IMG/VR virus record: IMGVR_UViG_3300010354_000121
Span: 1-53,542 of that record
DNA: 53,542 bases
DNA from: a virus
Lineage: Duplodnaviria > Caudoviricetes
Strand: one strand, 5' to 3'
The first letter of the stretch is position 1. Every line of letters begins with the position of its first letter. A program made the position numbers and the translations under genes. Below, piece by piece: positions 19,924 through 29,204 of this stretch. The notes beneath the pieces were generated by a model. The model searched no databases. It was not told the DNA's origin and saw only the letters and a list, made by a program, of their open reading frames with translations.

Positions 19924-21515
19924 AGAAACTTTCAGAAGACCATAAAGAAATCGCCTCTGGTCAAAAAATGGACGATGAGGGTTACATGGCGAAAGTAGAG
20001 ATGCAAAAAATTGTTCAGTCTCTCAATACATTGAAAAAAGTTATTAAAACTTCTGATCAGCAAATTCCGGCCTGGGTACAAAGTAAAATTACAAAGGCGA
20101 GTGATTATCTGGATATCGCAGCCGATTATCTTTCTTCTGATGTTGAGATGGATGAAGAGTTGGATATGAAAGCCTTTGAAGCAAATTTAAAAAGAGTCGG
20201 AAAAGAGGTTCGGGATACCCTTAAGAAAAGGGAAGAACGGTTAGAAAAAGAAAAATCTTCAAATAAACCACCTCAAAAACCTAAAAGTCCAGAACTTCCA
20301 AGTTTTGTAAAGAAAGAGGAAGTTTCTTTGGTTGATAAAATCCTGGCCGAAATGATGGATGAAAAGCCAGGATGTGATACAAAAAAGCCAAAAAAGCTAA
20401 GTGCAATTGCAAAAAAACATAAAGTCTCCATTGAATCACTTGAAAAGCAATTGCAAAAAGGCATTAAAATTGAAATGGAACACACCAGCGACAAAGGTGA
20501 GGCTGAAACTATTGCTCTTCATCACCTAGACGAAATTCCCGATTATTATTCTAGGCTTCATAAGATGGAAAAGGGTGCCGAGATAAATGAAGAATCAAAA
20601 TCAGGAGATTCTAATTTAAGAGATTGGTTTAAAAAATCTAGTGGAAAAGACCCTAAAACGGGTAAAGAAGTTCCTGGGTGGGTTCAGATTGGTGGTCCTT
20701 ATGCTGGGGCTCCTTGTGCTAGACAGCCTGGACAAAAATCTACCCCAAAATGTGGTAGTTCTAAGATGGCAGCAAATTTATCAGATAAGGAAGAAGAAAA
20801 AGCATTTAATATAAAAAATAGGAAGGATCCAAATCAACCAGAAAAGACGGGTTCGGCAAAACCAACTTATGTAAAAACTGAACTCGAAGAAAAAGAAGGA
20901 AAAAAAGATGCCTGTTATCATAAAGTAAAATCTAGGTATCGAGTATGGCCAAGTGCCTACGGCTCTGGTGCATTGGTTAAATGCCGTAAAGTTGGTGCTG
21001 ATAATTGGGGTAAAACAGTAGACGAGGCAACAACCCGCCTTCCAATGCAGAATGGCCAGCTTCTTAGGGTTCTTATCAATTGGAGAGGCAAGCATCTTTC
21101 GGTTCAGATGTTCTTCCCTCAATTAGGAACTCCTAAAAGAGACGAAATTACTTATGCAGTGAATAAGGTTTATCCAGAGGCCAGAGTAATTAGTTATGTA
21201 CCTTGTGAAATGGATTCAAGCATTCCTATTGTTCAGATGAGAGAGGAGTCTGAAATTAATGAAGACTGGCAAAAAGTTAATAAAAAGGACAGAACTGATG
21301 GGATGAGTCAAAAGGCGGTAGATGCTTATAGAAGGGAAAATCCAGGTTCAGAATTAAAAACGGCAGTAACAGAAAAAAATCCATCAGGGAAAAGAAAACA
21401 AAGAAGAATTGATTACTGTACAAGATCAAAGGGTCAACAAGATATGCATAATATTGATTGCTCTAAGACCCCAGATAAACCAATTTGTAAAGCAAGGCGT
21501 CGTTGGAAGTGTTGA
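19920..21515 (+). CDS. Multi-module Lys/Cys-rich hypothetical protein (includes a DUF5661-like module); candidate internal head polyprotein
   Basis: Short modules (PAWVQSKITKA; GIKIEMEHT...HLDEIPDYY; WPSAYGSGALVKC; CKARRRWKC) separated by Glu-rich linkers. Confidence 0.6.
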   Translation: MKKLSEDHKEIASGQKMDDEGYMAKVEMQKIVQSLNTLKKVIKTSDQQIPAWVQSKITKASDYLDIAADYLSSDVEMDEELDMKAFEANLKRVGKEVRDTLKKREERLEKEKSSNKPPQKPKSPELPSFVKKEEVSLVDKILAEMMDEKPGCDTKKPKKLSAIAKKHKVSIESLEKQLQKGIKIEMEHTSDKGEAETIALHHLDEIPDYYSRLHKMEKGAEINEESKSGDSNLRDWFKKSSGKDPKTGKEVPGWVQIGGPYAGAPCARQPGQKSTPKCGSSKMAANLSDKEEEKAFNIKNRKDPNQPEKTGSAKPTYVKTELEEKEGKKDACYHKVKSRYRVWPSAYGSGALVKCRKVGADNWGKTVDEATTRLPMQNGQLLRVLINWRGKHLSVQMFFPQLGTPKRDEITYAVNKVYPEARVISYVPCEMDSSIPIVQMREESEINEDWQKVNKKDRTDGMSQKAVDAYRRENPGSELKTAVTEKNPSGKRKQRRIDYCTRSKGQQDMHNIDCSKTPDKPICKARRRWKC

Positions 21516-21547
21516 TATTTAAATAGTTATTATGTCTAAATAATAAT

Positions 21548-21614
21548 AAGTCTGTTCAGATGGCACTCTCTACAGACAGAAAAGGCGCTTCTTTATGAGG
21601 CGCCTTTTCTTTTA
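21548..21614 (+). ncRNA. Putative small antisense RNA, copy 1 (upstream of terminase large subunit)
   Basis: CTAAATA at 21536-21542; GTCT...CTCTACAGAC body; terminator at 21578-21614; 21551-21565 is complementary to 21641-21655. Ends are approximate. Confidence 0.6.
21578..21614 (+). terminator. Intrinsic terminator
   Basis: AGAAAAGGCGCTTC-TTTAT-GAGGCGCCTTTTCT followed by a T-run. Confidence 0.8.
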
Positions 21615-21629
21615 TGGAGAATTATTAAT

Positions 21630-21636
21630 CTAAATA
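21630..21636 (+). promoter_or_regulatory. Late promoter for gp17
   Basis: CTAAATA after the terminator and 37 nt before the ATG. Confidence 0.65.
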
Positions 21637-21673
21637 ATAATGCCATCTGAATAGAATAGTAAAAGTAATTATT

Positions 21674-23764
21674 ATGTCTGATACAAATCATTACATGGGA
21701 AATCCGTTATTGAAACGGGCAAATATTCCCAGTGAATTTACACAAGAGCAATTAGTAGAATTAGCAAAATGTGCGGCTGATCCCGTGTATTTTGCTAAAA
21801 ATTATATTAAAATTGTTAACATCGATGATGGCCTTGTATCATTTGATATGTGGCCTTTTCAAGAAAAGATGCTTACTACTTTTCATGAAAATAGATTTAG
21901 TATTTGTAAACTTCCCCGTCAGCCGCTAGAAGATAATACCCCAATCCCGACTCCTAGTGGTTATAAAAAAATTAAAGATCTAAAAATAAATGACATTGTT
22001 TATGATTTATATGGAAAGAAAACAAAAGTCATAAACAAAGTAAGTTATAAAAATACCGAAAAATGTTATAAACTTTCTTTTAAAGGAAAAATATTTGAAG
22101 AAAAAATTTTTTGTGATAAGGATCACTTCTGGAGAGTATATTTTGACAATACTTGCCAAGTATTGACTACAGAGCAAATTTATAATTTAAAAAAAGAAAT
22201 TTTCTTAAAAAGACAATCGTTTAATACATTAGTTGATAATTGGGGCGAAGTAATAAAATTAGTATCAATAGAAGAAATTGAGCCCGTAAATGTTTCGTGT
22301 GTTGAAATAGAAAATAAGGACCATTCTTTTTTATGTGGTAAGAATTTTATACCCACGATGAACTGCGGAAAAAGCACCACGGCGGTATCATTCCTTCTAC
22401 ACTACGCAATTTTCAATGATAATGTCTCTATTGCTATTCTTGCAAACAAGGCATCAACAGCAAAAGATCTACTAGGAAGACTACAAGTATCTTTTGAAAA
22501 CCTTCCTAACTGGATGCAACAAGGTATTAAATCATGGAATAAAACGTCATTAGAACTTGAAAATGGATCAAAAATTATAACCGCATCAACTTCAGCATCT
22601 TCTGTTCGGGGGGGTTCTTATAATGTTATCTTCTTGGACGAATTTGCGTTCGTACCAAATAATGTGGCATTGAATTTTATGAATTCGGTTTATCCCACTA
22701 TTTCTTCTGGTAAAGACTCAAAAGTTATAGTTGTATCAACCCCAAATTCGCTTAATCATTTCTATAAAATGTGGGATGATGCTATAAAAAAAGAAAATGA
22801 TTATGTTCCACTAGAAATTAACTGGAATGACGTTCCTGGAAGAGACGAAGAATGGAGAAAGAAAACTATTGCAAACCTAGGCTCTGAGAAAGCCTTCGAC
22901 CAGGAATTCAACTGTTCTTTCCTCGGATCATCAGACACTTTAATTTCTGGAGCAAAACTCCAAACAATGGTACATAATAAACCAATAAAATCTAAAAAAT
23001 TTCTTGATACTTATGAAGAGCCAATAGAAGAACATCAATACATGATAACCGTTGACGTTGCAAGAGGCGTTGATCTTGACTATTCGGCATTTACTGTTAT
23101 TGACATAACCAAAATGCCTTATAAAATGGTAGCAAAATACCGGGACAACACAATCAAACCGATTATGTTCCCCTATATTGTCAAAGATGTTGGGCTCCAT
23201 TATAATAAGGCCTTTGTTTTATGTGAGACAAATGACGTTGGAGATCAGGTTGCCAATGCCCTTCATTATGACCTCCAATACCCCAATCTACTTACCTGTT
23301 TTATTAAAGGAAGACAGGGGCAAGTTTTAGGTCAGGGTTTTGGTGGAAATCGAGTTGAGTATGGCGTTAAGATGTCTAAAAACGTCAAAAAACTAGGCTC
23401 GATCAACCTAAAAATGTTAATCGAAGAAGATAAACTATTAATCAATGATTACGACACGATTAATGAATTATCGACATTTATTCAAAAATCTAATTCTTTT
23501 ATGGCCGAGGAAGGCAAAAATGATGACCTTGTTGCTTGTTTGATCCTATTTGCCTGGGCCTCAACAAACGAGTACTTCAAAGAAATCACCGATGATGATA
23601 TTAGAAAAAGACTATTCCAAGAAAAACAGGCCAATGAAGAGAACGATATGCTCCCAATTGGGTTCTTAGAAAACGGTCTACAAGAAGAAACATTTGTAGA
23701 AGAAGATAAACTTTGGCATGTTGTTTCTAATGAAGAACTAGCCACCCTTTGGAATTTCTATTAA
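21674..23764 (+). CDS. gp17: Terminase large subunit gp17, intein-containing
   Basis: YMGNPLLKRAN, DPVYFAKNYIKI, Walker A KLPRQ//CGKSTT interrupted by an insert, Walker B IFLDEFAFV, nuclease motifs VDVARG and NDDLV. Confidence 0.95.
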   Translation: MSDTNHYMGNPLLKRANIPSEFTQEQLVELAKCAADPVYFAKNYIKIVNIDDGLVSFDMWPFQEKMLTTFHENRFSICKLPRQPLEDNTPIPTPSGYKKIKDLKINDIVYDLYGKKTKVINKVSYKNTEKCYKLSFKGKIFEEKIFCDKDHFWRVYFDNTCQVLTTEQIYNLKKEIFLKRQSFNTLVDNWGEVIKLVSIEEIEPVNVSCVEIENKDHSFLCGKNFIPTMNCGKSTTAVSFLLHYAIFNDNVSIAILANKASTAKDLLGRLQVSFENLPNWMQQGIKSWNKTSLELENGSKIITASTSASSVRGGSYNVIFLDEFAFVPNNVALNFMNSVYPTISSGKDSKVIVVSTPNSLNHFYKMWDDAIKKENDYVPLEINWNDVPGRDEEWRKKTIANLGSEKAFDQEFNCSFLGSSDTLISGAKLQTMVHNKPIKSKKFLDTYEEPIEEHQYMITVDVARGVDLDYSAFTVIDITKMPYKMVAKYRDNTIKPIMFPYIVKDVGLHYNKAFVLCETNDVGDQVANALHYDLQYPNLLTCFIKGRQGQVLGQGFGGNRVEYGVKMSKNVKKLGSINLKMLIEEDKLLINDYDTINELSTFIQKSNSFMAEEGKNDDLVACLILFAWASTNEYFKEITDDDIRKRLFQEKQANEENDMLPIGFLENGLQEETFVEEDKLWHVVSNEELATLWNFY
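21923..22363 (+). mobile_element. Mini-intein (147 aa, class-3-type) in the gp17 Walker A motif
   Basis: Insert PLEDNTPIPTPSG...DHFW...VSCVEI...FIPTMN followed by Cys; removal restores PRQCGKST; too short to hold a homing endonuclease. Confidence 0.88.
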
Positions 23765-23777
23765 ACATTATTTTTTT

Positions 23778-23784
23778 CTAAATA
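23778..23784 (+). promoter_or_regulatory. Late promoter for gp18
   Basis: CTAAATA in the intergenic gap; AAGGGAG ribosome-binding site before the ATG. Confidence 0.6.
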
Positions 23785-23815
23785 ATTAATAGCAAATATA
23801 TTAAAGGGAGTACAC

Positions 23816-25987
23816 ATGGCTACACCTCAATTATCTCCTGGGGTTCTAATTAGGGAAGTTGATCTTACAGTTGGAAGAGTCGAAAACGTTTTAGATAATA
23901 TTGGCGCAATTGCTGGTCCTTTCCCAATTGGACCTGTCGAAGAAGCAGTAGATATTACAACCGAACAAGATCTAATCAACGTCTTTGGCAAACCCCAGTC
24001 CACTGATTCTCAGTATGAGTACTGGATGAGTGCTTCCTCATTCCTCACTTATGGTGGTGTTCTAAAGGTCGTAAGAACCAGTGGCTCAAATTTATTAAAC
24101 GCAACCGCTGTAAGAAATGCTGCCGGCGTTTCAACTGCTGGTATTGGTGTCACCATCAAAAACTTCGATGATTATGAGCTAAACCACGACGATGATTCTA
24201 AGGACTATGTATTTGCGGCCAAGACTCCTGGTACTTGGGCAAATAATCTAAAAGTTGCCATTATTGATGACAAGGCCGACCAAATCCTAGGTGTAACTAC
24301 TTCTGTTGCGACTGCGGCAGTAGTTGGTCAAGGTGTTACTGCTGCAATTGTAAACCAGACTATTCCTGGTATTGGAATTACTTCTGTTTTTGATGGATAT
24401 ATAAAAGGCATCATCACTGGTGTTGGCACTTCTACTCTTGATGTAAAAATTGTTTCTCTTGTTGCTGCTGGCTCTACCGTAGATATTCCAGTAAATTATC
24501 AGCAACTAAATCAAGGTGGTTCTTTCCTTGTAGGGAACACTGTAACTGTAACTAATTCTACTGGTGTAGCAGTTACTTCTCATACCCTTACTGAAGTAAG
24601 TGATTGGTATGATAATCAGTTTATCGAACTAACTAATTCGAGAATTCTTTGGAGTTCAATTGCTCCTAAACCAGTTTCTACTCAATATGCACTAGATCGC
24701 AATGCAAAAAATGATGCGATCCACGTTGCTATTATTGATGATACTGGCAGTCTAACCGGAATTGCTGGCAATCTTCTTGAAAAACATCTATTCCTTTCAA
24801 AGGCTGAAGATTCTATTTCGGCGGTTAATCCGGCCCAGAGAAACTGGTGGAAAACATATATCGCCCAATTCTCTAATTATGTTTATGTTGGCGATAACCC
24901 CTCAGACAACACTAATCCTAACGAAAATGTCTATCAGACTGGATTCTCTTCTGGATTTGTTACTCTTTCAACTACACAAGGACAATGGAATCTTCCAGTC
25001 CAAGGAAAGACCTTTTCCGCAATTGGTAATGTAACTTATAACCTTTCTGGTGGTAAAAATTATACCCCCACTGATGGCTATACCACGACTCTTGGCGATC
25101 TAGTCAATGCCTACAGACTATTTTCTAACCGCAATGAAATCGATGTTGATTATCTGATTATGGGTCCAAGCCTAGGTGATAAATTTGAATCCCAGGCAAA
25201 AGCCCAGGAACTTATTTCTATTGCAAACCAAAGAAAAGATTGTATTGCTGTTATTTCTCCTCATAGGGGTGACGTAGTAGACATTACTAATTCTGATACT
25301 CAAACCGATAATATCATTCAGTTCTTTGCTCCACTGACTTCTTCTTCTTATACTGTCTTTGATGATAATTATAAGTACACTTATGATCGTTTCAACAACA
25401 AGTTCCGTTACGTTGCTTGTAATGCAGATACTGCCGGTCTAATGGTAAGGACAAATATTGTTTCTTTCCCATGGTTCTCTCCTGCTGGTCAGCAAAGAGG
25501 TGTTCTTAATAATGCTATTAAACTTGCATATAATGCAAGCAAGGCCCAGCGAGATCAACTCTACCCCCAGCGCATTAATTCTTATATAAATCAGCCTGGC
25601 GCTGGCGTTCTTCTCTTCGGAGATAAGACGGCTCTTGGCTATGCTTCTGCCTTTGATAGAATTAACGTTCGTAGACTATTCCTGACTATTGAACAGGCCA
25701 TTGAAAGCAGTGCAACTGCCCAGCTCTTTGAACTCAACGATGATATCACTCGTTCTAACTTTATTAATACTATAGAACCCTATCTCCGTGATGTTCAGGC
25801 CAAGCGAGGTATTATTGACTTCAGGATTATTTGTGATGAAACAAATAACACCCCGGATGTAATTGATAACAATGAGTTCAGGGCCGATATTTTCATCAAA
25901 CCTGCCAAGTCTATTAATTATGTCACTCTCACCTTTGTTGCCACTAGAACTAGTGCAAGTTTTGAAGAAGTAACTGGTAGAGTTTAA
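23816..25987 (+). CDS. gp18: Tail sheath protein gp18
   Basis: LSPGVLIREVDLT, PWFSPAG, SAFDRINVRRLFL, IFIKPAKSINYVTLTFVATRT. Confidence 0.95.
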   Translation: MATPQLSPGVLIREVDLTVGRVENVLDNIGAIAGPFPIGPVEEAVDITTEQDLINVFGKPQSTDSQYEYWMSASSFLTYGGVLKVVRTSGSNLLNATAVRNAAGVSTAGIGVTIKNFDDYELNHDDDSKDYVFAAKTPGTWANNLKVAIIDDKADQILGVTTSVATAAVVGQGVTAAIVNQTIPGIGITSVFDGYIKGIITGVGTSTLDVKIVSLVAAGSTVDIPVNYQQLNQGGSFLVGNTVTVTNSTGVAVTSHTLTEVSDWYDNQFIELTNSRILWSSIAPKPVSTQYALDRNAKNDAIHVAIIDDTGSLTGIAGNLLEKHLFLSKAEDSISAVNPAQRNWWKTYIAQFSNYVYVGDNPSDNTNPNENVYQTGFSSGFVTLSTTQGQWNLPVQGKTFSAIGNVTYNLSGGKNYTPTDGYTTTLGDLVNAYRLFSNRNEIDVDYLIMGPSLGDKFESQAKAQELISIANQRKDCIAVISPHRGDVVDITNSDTQTDNIIQFFAPLTSSSYTVFDDNYKYTYDRFNNKFRYVACNADTAGLMVRTNIVSFPWFSPAGQQRGVLNNAIKLAYNASKAQRDQLYPQRINSYINQPGAGVLLFGDKTALGYASAFDRINVRRLFLTIEQAIESSATAQLFELNDDITRSNFINTIEPYLRDVQAKRGIIDFRIICDETNNTPDVIDNNEFRADIFIKPAKSINYVTLTFVATRTSASFEEVTGRV

Positions 25988-26019
25988 TTATTTAAAGCAA
26001 ACTAAGGAGGACTTAAAAA

Positions 26020-26649
26020 ATGACACTTCGCACTATTTCACAATTCAAAAGCAAACTACAAGGTGGTGGAGCACGGCCCAATCTATTTGAGGTTTCTATT
26101 CCATCATTCCCCCCTGCGCTTCAAAGTGCCTGGACCAATTCAGTATCAGAAAAGTTTAATTTTATGTGTGAGGCAACTTCAATGCCTGCCTCAACAGTAA
26201 ACCCTATTGATATTCCTTTTAGAGGAAGAATTCTTAAGGTAGCTGGTGATCGTACTATTGATATTTGGTCTGTTACTGTAATTAATGATGAAGACTTTGA
26301 CATTCGCTCGGCGTTTGAAAAGTGGGCAAACCTCATTAGTAAATTAGATAATGCTTCTGGTGCTACTGATCCAAATGCCTACATGGTAAATGCTTTTGTC
26401 AAGCAATTGGGCAGAGGAGCCCAACAATATGCCACAACAAATAATAGTGGAAATACGTCTGCAGTCTTAAGAACCTATAAATTATATGATATTTGGCCTT
26501 CTTCTGTTGGTGCAATTGATCTTTCTTATGCTGATAACAATACCATTGAAAGATTTACTGTAGACTTTCAGATGCAATGGTTTGAAGTTGGAGATACTTC
26601 TTCTGGTGGGGCCTCTAATGCCAATCTAAGTGGTGACGTGATTCAATAA
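26020..26649 (+). CDS. gp19: Tail tube protein gp19
   Basis: GGGARPNLFEV, IPFRGRILKVAGDRT, WSVTVINDEDF. Confidence 0.95.
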   Translation: MTLRTISQFKSKLQGGGARPNLFEVSIPSFPPALQSAWTNSVSEKFNFMCEATSMPASTVNPIDIPFRGRILKVAGDRTIDIWSVTVINDEDFDIRSAFEKWANLISKLDNASGATDPNAYMVNAFVKQLGRGAQQYATTNNSGNTSAVLRTYKLYDIWPSSVGAIDLSYADNNTIERFTVDFQMQWFEVGDTSSGGASNANLSGDVIQ

Positions 26650-26673
26650 ATAGAATATCCCTAACTCTTAATT

Positions 26674-28362
26674 ATGGCAAAACTTTTTGGATTTTCTATT
26701 AATGATACAACAAAACTAAGTCAAACAGCAGTCTCCCCCATTCCTCAAAATGATGAGGATGGGGTTGACTATTATCTGACATCTGGTTTTTTTGGATCTT
26801 ATGTTGATATTGAAGGTGTATATAGAACCGAATATGATCTAATTCGCCGGTATCGTGAAATGTCACTTCATCCAGAAGTAGATTCGGCCATTGAAGATAT
26901 TGTAAATGAGGCAATTGTATCCGACTCTAATGATAGTCCGGTTCAAATAGAACTATCAAACCTAAATGCAAGTGATGGAATAAAGCAAAAAATAAGAGAC
27001 GAGTTTAAATATATTTTACAACTCTTAGATTTTGATAAAAAATGCCACGAAATTTACAGAAATTGGTACGTTGATGGTAGACTTTATTACCATAAAATAA
27101 TTGACTTTAAAAAACCAGAACTCGGAATCCAAGAACTGAGATATATCGATAGCCTCAAAATGAGGTATGTAAGACAGGCAAAGAAACCTGAAAAGGACAT
27201 AAATAGATTAAATCGCATGGGAGAAGAACCCGATCCAATGCGTCAATCTTTCCCTGAGATTGAAGAATATTTTGTATATAATTCAAAACCTAATTATCCA
27301 TTAACAAATACTTCTATTAGTGCAACCTCTTCTGAAAACGCCAAGAATGATGGGGCGATCAAATTTGCAAAAGATAGTATTGTTTATTGTACTTCAGGTC
27401 TAGTTGATAGAAATAAAAACACTACACTTTCTTACCTCAATAAAGCAATCAAATCACTCAACCAATTAAGAATGATTGAGGATAGTATTGTCATTTATAG
27501 GATGGTGAGAGGAACCGAAAGAAGAATTTTCTACATTGACGTGGGTAATATGCCTAAGGTCAAGGCCGAGCAATATCTCAAAGAAACAATGATGAGATAT
27601 AGAAACAAACTAAATTACAATATTGAAACCGGCGAAGTCCAGAATGACCGGAGATTTCAGAGTCTGATGGATGATTATTGGCTTCCTAGGAGAGAAGGTG
27701 GAAGAGGAACCGAAGTAACCACTCTTCCAGGTTCTAATAACCTAGGAGAACTAACCGATCTTAATTACTTCCAAAGGAAACTTTATAAGTCCCTAAATGT
27801 TCCGTCTTCTAGAATTGACGGGGAAAGCGGGTTTAATCTTGGCAGGTCTTCTGAGATCCTAAGGGATGAGGTTAAATTTTCTAAGTTCGTTGGAAGACTA
27901 AGAAAAAGATTTTCTAAACTTTTTGTTGATCTTCTCCGGACTCAGCTGATTCTAAAAAATATCATAACCCCAGAAGACTGGGAAGCAATGTCTGAGCACA
28001 TTCAATTTGATTATCTTTATGACAATCACTTTGCCGAACTTAAAGAATCGGAACTCTTAACGGAAAGACTGAATATGGTCTCAATGGCCGAACCTTATGT
28101 TGGTCGATATTTCTCTCAAGATTACCTAAGACGCAAGGTTCTAAGGCAAACCGACGAAGAAATTGTCGAGCAAGATATTCTTATTAAAAAAGAAATTGAA
28201 GAAGGAATAATTCCTGATCCATCAATTCCAGTAGATCCAGAAACTGGTCAACCACTTGCAGAACCTCCTGGTGATGCTATTGAAGGTGAAATGGGCAAGG
28301 TCCCAACAGAACCTGGAGTTAATACAAAGGCAATGGAGATGCCAAAAGGTGGCGAGATCTAA
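26674..28362 (+). CDS. gp20: Portal vertex protein gp20
   Basis: ERRIFYIDVGNMPKVKAEQYL, YWLPRREGGRGTE, SEILRDEVKFSKFV. Confidence 0.95.
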   Translation: MAKLFGFSINDTTKLSQTAVSPIPQNDEDGVDYYLTSGFFGSYVDIEGVYRTEYDLIRRYREMSLHPEVDSAIEDIVNEAIVSDSNDSPVQIELSNLNASDGIKQKIRDEFKYILQLLDFDKKCHEIYRNWYVDGRLYYHKIIDFKKPELGIQELRYIDSLKMRYVRQAKKPEKDINRLNRMGEEPDPMRQSFPEIEEYFVYNSKPNYPLTNTSISATSSENAKNDGAIKFAKDSIVYCTSGLVDRNKNTTLSYLNKAIKSLNQLRMIEDSIVIYRMVRGTERRIFYIDVGNMPKVKAEQYLKETMMRYRNKLNYNIETGEVQNDRRFQSLMDDYWLPRREGGRGTEVTTLPGSNNLGELTDLNYFQRKLYKSLNVPSSRIDGESGFNLGRSSEILRDEVKFSKFVGRLRKRFSKLFVDLLRTQLILKNIITPEDWEAMSEHIQFDYLYDNHFAELKESELLTERLNMVSMAEPYVGRYFSQDYLRRKVLRQTDEEIVEQDILIKKEIEEGIIPDPSIPVDPETGQPLAEPPGDAIEGEMGKVPTEPGVNTKAMEMPKGGEI

Positions 28363-28390
28363 ATAGTATGAGTTTATAATTTTAAACAAC

Positions 28391-28540
28391 ATGGAAGACC
28401 TAATTAATGCTATTATTGCCGATGAATCTCCTTCACAGATCAGTGATGAAATCAAAAATATTCTGTCAATCAAGGCAGTAGAAAAAATTGACAATTATCG
28501 TCCAGAAGTGGCGATGAGTATGTTTAATAGCAATGAGTGA
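28391..28540 (+). CDS. Small protein downstream of portal (prohead-core-like), 49 aa, absent from the ORF track
   Basis: Hand translation MEDLINAIIADESPSQISDEIKNILSIKAVEKIDNYRPEVAMSMFNSNE; CTAAATA at 28359-28365 upstream. Confidence 0.7.
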   Translation: MEDLINAIIADESPSQISDEIKNILSIKAVEKIDNYRPEVAMSMFNSNE

Positions 28541-29204
28541 TCTTTCTGATTTTTTTAAGTTAGTATCAGAAGAAAAAAAGAAAACCAAAAAAGAGCTGGA
28601 TGATTTAATCTCTGGTTCTTTTGAGGAGTCATTTATTGCACCATTAACCGAAAAAGTAACCCCGAAACCAAAAAAAGTTACGCCTAGACCAAAGAAAAAA
28701 GAATCCTTTGGTGAACCGACTCTTATTCAAAAGTCATTAGGACTATTGGCCGAACCAATAAAAACAAATAATTCGGATCCTTTAACTCCTTTAAACCAAA
28801 ATTTTGCTACTTTAGAGGATCTTCAAAAGCATTATAAGATCTTTATTGATCGGGTTCAACAGCAACTTTCTACTTTAGGAGGAGGTGGTGAAACCAATCT
28901 GACGTTTATGGATGTTCCTATAACATCCGTAACATCGAATTCATATTCAATAAGGCCACAAGATTATTATATTGGCGTCAATTATGCGGGTGCAGTTACA
29001 ATAAATCTTCCACAGGCTGAAAGAGAAGGGAAAATATTTATTGTAAAAGACGAATTAGGTGAGGCCTCAAGAGGATCTAATCGATATATCACAATTTTAC
29101 CATCTGGTTCTGATCTAATTGACGGTAGAGATCGGGCAATTCTTGCATTTGATTATGGTAGTCTAACATTTATTTGGAAAGGTAATTCCTGGAGAGTAGT
29201 CTAA
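28533..29204 (+). CDS. Hypothetical virion protein
   Basis: 223 aa; QQQLSTLGGGGE hinge then a beta-rich C-terminal domain; overlaps neighbouring genes. Confidence 0.55.
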   Translation: MSDLSDFFKLVSEEKKKTKKELDDLISGSFEESFIAPLTEKVTPKPKKVTPRPKKKESFGEPTLIQKSLGLLAEPIKTNNSDPLTPLNQNFATLEDLQKHYKIFIDRVQQQLSTLGGGGETNLTFMDVPITSVTSNSYSIRPQDYYIGVNYAGAVTINLPQAEREGKIFIVKDELGEASRGSNRYITILPSGSDLIDGRDRAILAFDYGSLTFIWKGNSWRVV

